Source of the DNA: Octopus vulgaris
Taxonomy: Eukaryota
Direction of reading: 5' to 3'
Length of the DNA stretch: 64,000 nucleotides
NCBI GenBank assembly: GCA_951406725.2
Contig: OX597818.1
Span: 28,582,001-28,646,000, forward strand
Position numbers and translations under genes: made by a program. Of the stretch, positions 34,952 to 49,419 are shown piece by piece. Within the stretch, counting starts at the first letter, position 1, and each line of letters opens with the position of its first letter. The notes beneath the pieces were generated by a model that saw only the letters and a program-made list of their open reading frames with translations, was not told where the DNA came from and ran no database searches.

Positions 34952-35729
34952 TTTTGATTTTTTAAATTTTATTGATTTTTGTGTATTGTCAGATCATTAA
35001 AAGGGAATGTCAAATGGACAAAATGAACATTTTTAACACCATTTGTTTTTGCATTTAATTGAGGTGTTAATACTAAAGCTGCTTGTGAGATTTGTGATGT
35101 GTATGGAGAAGCAGCACTTTCTCAAAGTACTGTTTGCCATTGGTTTACGTGCTTCAAAAATGGGCATTTTGACTTTAAGGACAGATCACACACTGGTCAA
35201 CCAATTGAGTTTGATGAACCTTGCCCATTGGGTGAAGTTGTTTCACCACAGCTTTTTTTATTACAATCTTTCTGCTCTGCCAATTCTCTGGTCATTTTAT
35301 GTGAATTTTTGTGAAGAAGATGATTCAATCACTCTTCATTGAACTGAATTGGTTGACTGCTGTGTAATTCATCCTTGAGGTCGAAATTCCCATTTTTGAA
35401 GCTCAAAAACCAATGGCGGGTAGTAGTTTGAGAAATTGCTCCTTCTCAATACACAGGACAAATCTCAAAAGCAGCTTTGGCAGGATTAACAAATTGATTA
35501 AATGAAAAAGTGAATGGTGTCGAAAATGCTAAGTTTTGTCCTCTTGAAAGTGCATTTTAATGATCTGAAAATGCACAAAAATCAATAAAATTTTAAAAAA
35601 TCAAAATACATTATCTTGTTGAGCAGAAACTTCTCTCAAATAACATAAAACGTTTTGCCAATTGTTAAATTGTTAAGTGCACATTGTTAAATGTGAAGAA
35701 AAGGCCTATGAATTATTCCTCAGCCCAAT
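34952..35729. mobile_element. Mariner-derived foldback made of two opposed 5' ends
   Basis: The plus arm encodes a mariner HTH (VYGEAALSQSTVCHWFTCFKNGHFDFKD..GQP). 35335-35606 is a diverged reverse complement of that arm. Confidence 0.8.
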
Positions 35730-36140
35730 GCGTTAAGAGCTGGCCAAAAGTCACCGGACAGCAAATCAAAACCACTTAATTCCAAGATTTATTTATGTTT
35801 AACAACTGAATGGGTTTAATAAAAGCAACTAAATGTAAAACATCATGAAAATTGTTCCAACTGAAGTCCTTCTTGAGTAACACATTTTTCCATTTGAGTC
35901 AATACAGAATTACAGATAGTATTTATGGAAATTTTATTTGCTGTTGGGTAACTTTTCATCAAACTGTATATATATATGCTGGTAGTACTCTGTCAGTTAC
36001 GACAACGAGGGTTCCATTTGATCTGATTAATGGAACCGCTGGCTCATGAAATTAACGTGCAAGTGGCTGAGCACTCCACAGATGTGACTGCAAGTATGCT
36101 GCCCTAACAACTGGGCTATTGTGCCTCCACTATCTATCTA

Positions 36141-36176
<36 letters not shown>

Positions 36177-36968
36177 CATATATACACACATATACATAAA
36201 GTAAGTACAGATTGAGCAATGGGGTTGATGAAATTGATTTCTCCCTCCTAAAAAATTGCTGGCCTTGTGCCAAACATTGAAACCAATGCAAAATTATCTG
36301 TCATTTGGTGTTAATTATACTTACTGAGAGCTTCATCTGGAATAGTTGCATAATTATTTTCAGCACCTTGAAGAAAAGAAATGGAAAATGCAAAACTTAT
36401 TATTTCAGTGTGTAGTGCATGGTATCTAAAATTAAATGTAAGTATATATATATATACATACACATATACATGCACACACACACATGAAGTCCTTCTTGAG
36501 AGACACATTTTTCCATTAGCCAATACAGAATTACAGATAGTATTTATGGAAATTTGATTTACTGTTGGGTGACTTTTGGTCAAATTGTGTGCGTATATAT
36601 ATTATATATATATATGTATATATATATGATGGTGGTACTCTGTCAGTAACAACAACGAGGATTCCAGCTGATCTGATCAATGGAACAGCTGGCTCATGAA
36701 ATTAACATGCAAGAGGCTGCTGAGCACTCCATAGACATGTGTACCCGTAACATAGTTCTCGGGGAGATTCAGGGTGACAGAAACAGGAAGTAAGAGTGAG
36801 AGAAAGTTGTGGTGAAGAGTATAGCAGGGTTGCCCCCACCCCTGCTGGAGCTTAATGGAGCTTTAGGTGTTTTCATTCAATAAACATTCATAAAGCCCGA
36901 TCTGGGAATTGAAACTGCAATCCCATGACTGCAAGTATGCTGCCCTAACCACTGGGCTATTGCACCTC

Positions 36969-37020
<52 letters not shown>

Positions 37021-37134
37021 ATATTTCGGAATGGTCATATTGCCAGTTTAGCCAATAAAAACACACGCACTATATATTTGGTGTTATTTTGCTTCAGTGA
37101 TATTTATTTTTTACATTAATCTTAATCTTATTTC

Positions 37135-37179
37135 GGCCAAAGTTCTTTCGTCACACTCCTGTGACCGCATCAGTGGTCC
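37135..37179 (-). ncRNA. Variant hammerhead-like motif (left inverted-repeat copy)
   Basis: Reverse complement of 40005-40049. Confidence 0.55.
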
Positions 37180-37472
37180 TTTGTTTTCTTCTCACTTACT
37201 TGTGTCTCTCCTTACTAACCGTCAGCCATTTTATATTTCTATTGTATGTCTTCATTTGCGCATGTTTATATCTCTATGTGCGTCTATGTTTATTTAGTGT
37301 GTGTGTGGGGGGGATGCCTGTAATATTTGTATCTTCTGGTTATATACATTCTTGTAATTTGTATTTTGTTTTTGTTGTTGTTGCTTTTGTTCTAATTTTG
37401 TTCATGTGTTTACATCCACCCATTATTATCATTACATATGCTTGTATGTATGTATAACAACAATATTAGTAA

Positions 37473-39490
37473 CAACTGTACAGGCGCATGAGGAGAGAGA
37501 AAAGGTCCTCAATGCCCACATGATGATGTGGACAATTGTTCTGGGACCTCAGAAACGTACTGCAAAGAATTTCCAAGCCTGGAACAATGATATCCCGGCA
37601 CTGTATGGACTTCGCAAGGACCATAAAGGTTTTACTGACCCTATAGCAGGACCACCAACAAGACCAGTCTGTGGAGCGAATATTGCTAGCAATTACAGAA
37701 TCTCCTACTTCCTCTCAATGATCATACGCCCTATAATCAGGATGTCACCTGATGTGTGTGACAGCACAGAAGATCTCCTAAGCAGGATCAGTGACTGTAA
37801 CAAAACTTGTGACTTGACAGGATGTATAGTAGGTAGCATGGATGTGGTATCCCTATACCCATCGATTGACGTAGATTTTGCAGTGGAGAAGTGCGTGGAG
37901 ATGATCAACGAGAGCCAGGTGGAGTTCTGTAATGTCGACACAGAAGAACTGGGCCTCCTACTTAGACTGACATATAATAGTGAATACTTAGATAAACATA
38001 ATCTTAGTAGTTTCTGCCCCAGTAGATGTTTAAGAGGTAGACCGCCTACAATTACTTCTATGGCTAGGAAGACACATATAGAAAGATGGCGCGGATGGAC
38101 CAGAGCCATACGGAGCCCCGCAAATGTCCATCAGGTAAAGAAAATGATCGCACATGCACTAGGAGCTAGTATAAGAGTTACCCTAAAAGGCCACACATTT
38201 AAATTTAATAATAAAATATATGCCCAGGACGAGGGGGCAGCCATCGGTGTTAGTATCGCTGGTGATGTGGCCAACCTCTTCATGGTATGGTGGGACAGAA
38301 GGCTTAAAGAATGCCTACTGCAGAAATCCATACTCGTAAACATGTACTCTCGCTATGTTGATGATATCAATATAGTAGTAAAGGCACCCCCACAAGAGAG
38401 TACTGTTGATATAGTAATAGAAACTAATACTATGGAGAGCATCCAGCAAATAGCTAACTCCATCCACCAGAGTATTAAGGTCACAATAGACTACCCCACT
38501 AAACACCCCAACCATAGACTACCAGTACTAGACACTGAACTCTGGCTAGAAATTGTGAAAAATAAAACCCAAATCCTTCATTCATACTATGCAAAACCTA
38601 TGGCCTCAAAATACCTGATCCACCGGAACTCAGCCATTGCGGGCAATGCCAAATTCAATATTTTGATGGCAGACCTCGTCAGAATAATGAGAAATGTGTC
38701 ACGCATGTGCGAGCCTACAGAATTAAAAAGACACATACAGTACTTCATTCACCGCATGCAGTTCTCAGGTTACAGCCATAAAGAAAGGATCAGAGTATAC
38801 AAAGGAGCCATGAAGAAATTTGATAATATATTATGTAATGATAGGAATGGGATTTGCCCACTCTATAGGAACAAGTCATGGAACACTATAGAAAGGACAA
38901 CAAAGAAAATAGGGAAGGCCAACTCTTGGTATGATAGCCATAAATACCAGAGTGTCATGTTCGTTGACACCACCCCTGGAGGTGAACTAGCGTACCGCTT
39001 TAGAAGGACCCTAGATAAACTTAAACTAAGAATTAAGGTTGTTGAAAAGCCAGGCAACCCTATCAGATCTATAATTGGTAGAAGCTATCCTTTTAGTAGA
39101 ACTCTCTGTACGGATAACTATTGCACTGTATGTAGATTTAGCCCACAAACGAACTGTAAAGCCAGAAATGTGGTCTATAGTATAAGATGTATAGAGGGAC
39201 GATGCAGTAACAAGACAGTAACATACGTAGGGGAAACTGCAAGAAGCATTGGTGAGCAGGTGAATGAACATTGGAGACAACTCAAGGAAGGTAAAAGCTC
39301 ATCGATTCTGTACCAACACGCCGAACAAGAACACGGGGGATCAATCAATAACATAGAGATTAAGATATTGTCCACACATAGAACAGATGCAACAATTAGA
39401 CAAATTACAGAAGCTACACATATAATAGAAAATAAACCTAGCCTGAATAGAAAACTAGAATGGAGCAATAGCGCACACCACAACATATGA
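37473..39490 (+). CDS. PLE reverse transcriptase + GIY-YIG endonuclease, 5'-truncated but uninterrupted
   Basis: LYGLRKDHK, TRPV, SMDVVSLYPSI, QDEGAAIG, YSRYVDD, LPVLD, a Cys-rich linker and NVVYSIRC..YVGETARS. The listed start at 37406 lies inside the inverted repeat. Confidence 0.9.
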
Positions 39491-40004
39491 CAATAGTGGA
39501 TCCTGCAAACATAATAAATACACAGGTAATTAAAGAAATAGAAATGAATATCTATATATATGTATATGTGTATATATATGTATATGTATATGTGTATATA
39601 TGTGTGTGTATATATATATATATGTATATGTATATGTATGTATATATATATATGTATATGTATATTCTTTTTTTTTTTTTTTTTTTTTTTCCGATTAGAT
39701 TTATTATTATTATTACTAATATTGTTGTTATACATAAATACAAGCATATGTAATGATAATAATGGGTGGATGTAAACACATGAACAAAATTAAAACAAAA
39801 GCAACAACAACAAAAACAAAATACAAATTACAAGAATGTATATAACCAGAAGATACAAATATTACAGGCATCCCCCCCACACACACACTAAATAAACATA
39901 GACGCACATAGAGATATAAGCATGCGCAAATGAAGACATACAATAGAAATACAAAATGGCTGACGGTTAGTAAGGAGAGACACAAGTAAGTGAGAAGAAA
40001 AAAA

Positions 40005-40049
40005 GGACCACTGATGCGGTCACAGGAGTGTGACGAAAGAACTTTGGCC
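40005..40049 (+). ncRNA. Variant hammerhead-like motif (core CUGAUGCG)
   Basis: ggacca-CTGATGCG-GTCACA-ggag-TGTGAC-GAAA-GAAC-TT-tggcc, located in the PLE terminal repeat. Confidence 0.55.
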
Positions 40050-40224
40050 GAAATAAGATTAAGATTAATGTAAAAAATAAATATCACTGAAGCAAAATAA
40101 CACCAAATATATAGTGCGTGTGTTTTTATTGGCTAAACTGGCAATATGACCATTCCGAAATATAACAATATCTGTTTCAACACACGACTTCACATAAAAA
40201 ATCTTGCACAACAAATATTTAAAC

Positions 40225-40260
<36 letters not shown>

Positions 40261-40265
<5 letters not shown>

Positions 40266-40720
40266 ACACTGGTCAACCAATTGAGTTTGATGAACCTTGC
40301 CCATTGGGTGAAGTTGTTTCACCACAGCTTTTTTTATTACAATCCTTCTGCTCTGCCAATTCTCTGGTCATTTTATGTGAATTTTTGTGAAGAAGATGAT
40401 TCAATCACTCTTCATTGAACTGAATTGGTTGACTGCGGTGTAATTCATCCTTGAGGTCGAAATTCCCATTTTTGAAGCTCAAAAACCAATGGCGGGTAGT
40501 AGTTTGAGAAATTGCTCCTTCTCAATACACAGGACAAATCTCAAAAGCAGCTTTGGCAGGATTAACAAATTGATTAAATGAAAAAGTGAACTATGTTACG
40601 GGTACACATGTCTATGGAGTGCTCAGCAGCCTCTTGCATGTTAATTTCATGAGCCAGCTGTTCCATTGATCAAATCAGCTGGAATCCTCGTTGTTGTAAC
40701 TGACAGAGTACTACCACCAT
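40261..40720. repeat. Composite local duplication: direct copy of 35185-35514 joined to an inverted copy of 36629-36758
   Basis: 330 bp with two visible mismatches, then a reverse-complement SINE segment. A GAA microhomology is at 40588-40590. Confidence 0.9.
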
Positions 40721-41294
40721 AATGACATTTTGTCTGTCTTCACACTCTGAGTTCAGATGCTGCCGAGATCAATAAAATAAGCCCCACTTGAGTACTGGGG
40801 GTCGATGTACTCAACATATCCCTTCCCCAAAAATTTCAGGCCTTGTGCCTATACTAGAATGGATTATTATTATTATTAAGGCAGCAAGCTGTCAGAATTC
40901 TTAGCAGTATTTTTCCTGCCTTTACATTGAGTTCAAATTCTGCCAAGGCAACTTTGCTTGTCATCATTTCAGGGTCAGTAATATATATACCAGTTGAACA
41001 CTGGGTCGATGTAATCAATTAGCCCCACTTCCTCTCCACTCCCCTCAGATTTCAGGCCTTATGCCTATAGTTGAAAGGATTATTATTATAAGAGTATAAG
41101 AGATTATTTCTTCTCATGGAGTGGTTGGCGTTAGGAAGGGCATCCAGCCGTAGAAATATTGCCAGATCAAACTGGGCCTGGTGCAGCCTTCTGGCTTCCC
41201 AGACCCCAGTTGAACCGTCCAACCCATGCTAGCATGGAAAGCGAACGCTAAACGATGATGATGATGATGATGATATATATATATATATATATAT

Positions 41295-42196
41295 ATTGTA
41301 TGATGCATGTGTACGAACAGCCATGCTACATGGCAGTGAAACATGGGCCGTGACTGCTGAGGATATGCATAAGCTCACAAGAAATGAAGCCAGTATGCTC
41401 CGATAGATGTGTAATGTCAGTGTTCATACTCGACAGAGTGTAAGTACCTTGAGAGAAAAGTTGGACCTAAGAAGCATCAGTTGTGGTGTGCAGGAGAGAC
41501 GTTTGCGCTGGTATGGTCATGTGGCGAGAATGGATGAAGATAGTTGTGTGAAAAAGTGCCACACCCTAGCTGTTGAGGGAACCTGTGGAAGAGGTAGACC
41601 CAGGAAAACCTGGGATGAGGTGGTGAAGCACGACCTTCGAACTTTAGGTCTCACTGAGGAAATGGCTAGAGACCGAGACCTCTGGAAGTATGCGGTGCAT
41701 GAGAAGACCCGGCAGGACAAGTGAGACCATAACCCATGGCCTCAGTCCACTTATGCATACCTTTCCTTCTTGGGACACAAAACTCTATTTGTGAAGACCT
41801 GTTGAGGCAAGTGAAAATCAAAATCAAAATCAAAAATCAAAATCGATCAACATCAATGGAAATTGTAGCTGTGATACCAGTGCCGGTGGCACATAAGAGA
41901 ACCATCTGAACGTGGCCGTTCCCAGTGCCGCCCCGACTGGCTTCCATGCTGGTGGCACGTAAAAAGCACCATCCGCTCGTGGCCGTTTGCCAGCCTTGTC
42001 TGGCACCTGTGCTGGTGGCACGTAAAAATCACCCACTACACTCATGGAGTGGTAGGCGTTAGGAAGGGCATCCAGCTTTAGAAACATTGCCAGATTAGAC
42101 TGGGCCTGGTGCAGCCTTCTGGCTTCCCAGACCACAGTTGCACCATCCAACCCATGCCACCATGGAAACCGGACGCTAAACGATGATGATGATGAT
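41295..42196 (+). mobile_element. 5'-truncated RTE LINE (C-terminus, 3' UTR, tail)
   Basis: RRLRWYGHVARM..GRGRPRKTWDEVV with a (GAT)n tail. A second tail fragment lies at 41116-41273. Confidence 0.93.
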
Positions 42197-42207
42197 ATAT
42201 ATATATT

Positions 42208-42239
<32 letters not shown>

Positions 42240-42498
42240 TATATACACGCACACACACATAAAGTAAGTACAGATTGAGCAATGGGGCTGATGAAATTGA
42301 TTTCTCCCTCCCAAAAAATTGCTGGCCTTGTGCCAAACATTGAAACCAATACAAAATTATTTGTTATTTGGTGTTAATTATACTTACTGAGAGCTTCATC
42401 TGAAATAGTCGCATAATTATCTTCAGTACCTTTAAGAAAAGAAATGGAAAATGCAAAACTTATTATTTCAGTGTGTAGTGCATCATACTAAAATTAAC

Positions 42499-44612
<2,114 letters not shown>

Positions 44613-44775
44613 TAATGGCAATTATGTAAATTTTTTTGAATTCATACTATTCTATGTTACTTTTGACAAACTTTTTCCAAAGAGTGAAACCGGTTAAGTA
44701 AATAAACATCTTTTAAATTGCATTTTCAAACCTTCTTTCGTATATATATATGTATATATATATATATATAAATTT

Positions 44776-45090
44776 CTATATATATATAAAACTGAGAATG
44801 TGTCTGTCAGTCTGTCTGTGTGTTTCCCTAAAACTTGAGAACTACACAACCAATTTCATTCAAATTTCACACATGCCTTACTTAGGGTCCATGTACTTTC
44901 ATGATCAAAAAAACGTTCGACTTCTTGTCTAAGGCGAGCCCATAGCAATATCATATCTTCTCCACTATTTCAGTATTACGTGTTAAAAGTGAAACAAAAA
45001 CTGACAATATTTTCACCATTTATACGGAAGCATTTTTGTTAGAATGCCTTCGATAGAAGAAAGTCCAAAAATGAATTTCACTGCAGCCGT
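44776..45090 (+). mobile_element. Helitron 5'-end fragment
   Basis: Paralog of 27155-27400. 45001-45090 matches the minus-strand Helitron interior at 29215-29305. Confidence 0.65.
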
Positions 45091-45399
45091 CAGCGAGTGC
45101 GAACTCTGGATCTGTATTATGTCTGTTTGGGTGTGTACTCATAATTGTGAGGTTTCACATATCTTTCACATAATTCATGTGATACTTATGGTGTTATGGG
45201 TTCATAAGTTTGTATATAACTTGTAATGTCATGGATATGTGTGAGACCCATATATTTCTGTGAGGGGAGCTCAGCATAAGTTTATGAGGTCATGTGTTTT
45301 TTTATGCATGAAGTTCATATAATGCATATAACTGATGTTTGGAATGAAAATTTATCCAGGTTGCACAGGAGGCAGAGTAGGTGGGGATATTTGCTGGAA

Positions 45400-45795
45400 A
45401 TTTCAGAGTGTGAAATGCTGCTTATGCATGCAAGGGAAGAAGGTTTCATCCCTAATATTTAAAATATTCACTTTTGGTGTGATAATGTATAATTTTTCAG
45501 TGATGTAAAGCATGCATTTCCTGCCCTGTCCTCTGTACTTGTTGGCCTTAGCAATAATACTCCAGATCATCTGGATGTTGCTCACACCTCTCTTTTTCAG
45601 TCTCTATACTATATTGGCTAGGATTATTGTGTGTTTTTTTGTTTTTGGCTCTGAACAAAGCCAGGTGCAATGTATATCTTTATTTGAAGGTGTTCCCTAT
45701 CATTCCAATATATGTATTTGTTACTGTTCAAACCCATGATTTTGGTCTTATATACTAGTTCTTTTTCTGGGCACCCATTGTTCAGGAACAGCTAT
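45400..45795 (-). pseudogene. Degraded Naiad-like GIY-YIG fragment
   Basis: IWSIIAKANKY..KCMLYITEKLYII..LNIRDE..CMH. Interrupted by the adjacent Tc1. Confidence 0.65.
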
Positions 45796-45806
45796 GTGAA
45801 GATCTA

Positions 45807-47065
45807 GAGGGGTTGGACAAAATAATGGAAACACGTAGCATCATAATTTTGAAATATCTATAAAACCATCAAAAGCTTGTTTATATTTATGTTATTTGAT
45901 TTATTATTAGTATTGCTTAATATGTTTTGCTAAAATTGCTGTTTCTTTTCAGATATCAAAAGAAAAAGTTAATTGAAATTCATTAAAATAACAGATCTAT
46001 TGGACTTTCAAAGAGGTCAAATTGTGGTATGCGTATAGCAGGCGCTAGCATAATGAAAACAGCCAAAATGTTTGGTGTATCATGAAGTCCTGTCTCAAAA
46101 GTAATGACAGCCTTTGAGGAAGTGGGAAAAACCTTCTAGTCAAAACAAAACTCTGGAAGAAAACCAAAACCTTCAGATAAGGACTGTTGGACTCTTACGC
46201 AAATTGTTAGAAAGGATCACAAAAGTACAGCTCCCAAAGTAACTGTAGAGCTTAATGACCATCTCAAGAACCCAGTTTCCACAAAACTGATTGCTGGGAG
46301 TTTCACAAAGCTGGATTTCATGGGAGGGCTGCAATCAGAAAACCACTACTTTCAAAAACCAACTTTGCAAAGCGTTTAGAGTGGGGTAAAAACCTACAAA
46401 ACTGATCCCTAGAGCAGTGGAAGAATGTCATTTTCTTGGACAAGTCATCTTTTACCATATTTCTGACCACTGGCCGAGTATACATGTGGAGACATCCAAA
46501 ACAAGCCTTTGACCCAGACTACCTTCTTCCAACTGTTAAACATGGAGGAGGATCTATGATGATCTGAGAGGAGGGGGCTATATCTTGGAAATCTGCCAGC
46601 CCAATGATTTCCCTTCATGGCAGACTATTTAAGCATTTTATCTGATCAAATTCATCCTATGATTGCAGAACTGTTTCTGAAGGGAAATGCAATCTTTCAG
46701 GATGATAATGCACCAATTCATAGAACAGCTAAAGTTGTTACTGAATGGCATGAGAAACATTCTAGAGAAGTTGAACATCTTATCTTGCCACCACAGCCAC
46801 CAGATCTCAATATTATTGAACATTTGTGGTGCATTTTAGGAAAACAGGAAAAGGAGTCAATATCCTCCACCATCATCACTGCAAGAACTGGAGACTCTTT
46901 TAGCTGAAGAATTGACAAAAATTCTTTTGGAAACAATTCAAACTTTGTACAAGTTCATACCTTGTAGAATTCAAGCTGTAATTACTGCTACAGGCAGTCC
47001 TACCCCATATTAAAATAAATTTGTTTGAAATTTTAAGGTGTTTCCATTATTTTGTTCAACCCCTG
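45807..47065 (+). mobile_element. Tc1-like transposon with 28-bp TIRs, TA TSD and a degraded transposase
   Basis: TA-(G)AGGGGTTGGACAAAATAATGGAAACAC ... GTGTTTCCATTATTTTGTTCAACCCCTG-TA, with DFQRGQIV and QDDNAPIH..PDLNIIEHLW. Confidence 0.93.
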
Positions 47066-47099
47066 TATGTTTACACAATATATATATATATATATATGT

Positions 47100-48910
47100 T
47101 ATATAGCCAGAAGATGAGGTCCAGAGATTTTCAGTGTAGAAGACGCTTAGTAGTGCTCAAATGATCCAAACCTAGACTGATATCTTTACAGGGAATCAAT
47201 TCTACAGGATTTAAAAAAATCATAACCTAGGTATCTCATTCGAAAATGACACACACTGGAAACATCTTAAATCTATATCACCCTTTCTAGAAACCCTATC
47301 AATCATTACAATATATCTACATCCTATCAAATTACCCTAAACTTACTCCTAATAGAATAGTCACAGACATTTTTATCAGTATCTCCAGCTTATCTACTAA
47401 CAAAGATATTTTTAATAATCATGCCCCACACTATAACCAAGCTCAGCAGATAAGTGGTTTCTGTAAAAAGAACTCTTATATCTCCAACACTAAACTTAAG
47501 GCAAAAATTGCACACTTCTTTCCTAGAGCAGGTAGGAAGACCACAGAGTAGGTAGGAAAACCACAGAGCAGGTAGGAAAACTTGCAATTATTAGGTGTTT
47601 CAATTTAGCCCTCTTGGAGGTTTCTGTCTATGCAAAAATATATTCTACAAGTGCAGAGTAATAATACTATGCTCCCACCAAGTAAGGGTCTATAACGACA
47701 GCATGTCAATTTCAAGCACTGCTACTGAGGACAAATGGACTCTTTCTCCAATCCAAATTCTAAATATTCTACCACCTTAGCAACTTAAATACATAACCTC
47801 AAATCCTCAAACTACTCTATCCCGATCCATCATTAGGAGGCTCCCTCGTTCAACTCAAACCTTGGTATTTGTAAGGGATCACTAATCATCCTTTGCAACC
47901 ACAATCCCTGATTACTTAATAGATTCTCAGATGTAATACTCTCCTATAAACACAGGTTCTACTCATTCATTTACTCATTTTATTAAATCTATGTAATCTC
48001 ATAACAATGATTATCATTAATTATAATTAACCTTGGGGTACAACAAGGTCAGCGAAGCAACGCATCTTCTCCAGTAATACCATCCTTCTCATGATTACCT
48101 TTGAAAATTCTTCTTACCCACAACATACCACCTCCCTCACAAATTGTATTCTTTCCCCATTATCTCATTTCTCATCTTCAACCAAGAGCACTTGCAACTA
48201 CCACAATCAATTAGCTGCTAAACAATCAACACCCACCCCTCTACCCAATTTCAAACACATTTGCAAACGTCAGTACTCCCCCTCCACCACCAATCCACCT
48301 TCATTATAGTACTAACCACAGCTACTCTGATCACCGACTAACTCCCCACTCTATGCACCTCCCTTTATCTTCTCTCATATCTCTGTTCATACTTTAGTAA
48401 TCTCCCTCTACTGCCTAATTAGAGTCTTTCCCTCCCTCAAATAATTGTCATCCCTTTTCTCACTATCTCAACACTATACACAAACCCAATAATTGACTAC
48501 CCTTCAATTACTACCCATTGCATTCCTCCCACTCATCTCTCAACACTCCACATCACTACCACTTCCTTAATACTCCCATTCTTAAGGCCCCCCCCCACTC
48601 TCTTTCTGAACTAGTTTATTTATTTCCTCTCACCATTCTGTCTTAACACTCGCGGTAACTCCTTCCTACCTCCTTCCTCTAATAGTGCTTGCTCTCCACA
48701 TTTAATCTGTCCACCTTTGAACTTCTTGATGGCAGCTCAATTTATCCAATTCTGATTGCCTTCCATTATGGCCTACATACTGTGATGAATACATCTACAA
48801 ACATTCTCCCAGAAACAGCTGTTAGACTTATATCCTCCCCTTTAATTTTCTCTGTCATTTGCACTCTGTAAGTTGGATCTACTCCTTTTCTCCTTCACTC
48901 AACTCTCTCT
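47100..48910 (+). mobile_element. Old degraded PLE with a degenerate hammerhead at about 48780-48828
   Basis: GAAACAGCTGTTAGAC matches the 18081 family, and a pyrimidine-rich 3' region is present. Only faint GIY-YIG-like residues remain near 47990-48200. Confidence 0.4.
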
Positions 48911-48935
48911 CTCTTTCTCTAAATATATATATATA

Positions 48936-48981
<46 letters not shown>

Positions 48982-49419
48982 CATGTATATATAGTTATGT
49001 CATCACTTCATCATTTAAAGTCTGTTTCAATGCTTACATGCTTTGTTAGAAGCTGGTAAGCTAGAAGACTGTGCCAAACTCAACTGTCTGTTTTGGCATG
49101 GCTTCTACAGCTGGATGCTTTTCTTAATGCTCACCACTTTACAGACTGTACTAGGTGCCTTTTATGTGACAGCAGCACTGGTGAGATCACAAAGTAATGT
49201 ACAAGACAAAAACCCTCAACAGAGGAGGGAGGTAGTTTTGTGCCATGTGTGTATCTAATGGGAGACCATGAGAAGTTACATTATTAGGAATCCACAGTTG
49301 GGTATGTCACAGAATATATACACATGGCAAAACAAGAAAGTTTGTGTATAAAATATTTAATTCGTACCAGCTTACATATGTTTCATAAACAAAAAAGAAA
49401 CTATATAACTAAATTCTTT

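Larger units (their letters stand above)
37013..40235 (+). mobile_element. Penelope-like element with 460-bp inverted terminal repeats, inserted in (TA)n
   Basis: 37013-37472 is the near-identical reverse complement of 39713-40171. A 64-bp extension is present only at the right end. The internal ORF encodes RT and GIY-YIG. Confidence 0.95.

Noticed and set aside
37013-40235. DIRS-like or DNA transposon, suggested by the inverted termini
   Set aside because: There is no tyrosine recombinase, RNase H or DDE domain. The RT and GIY-YIG motifs are PLE-type.
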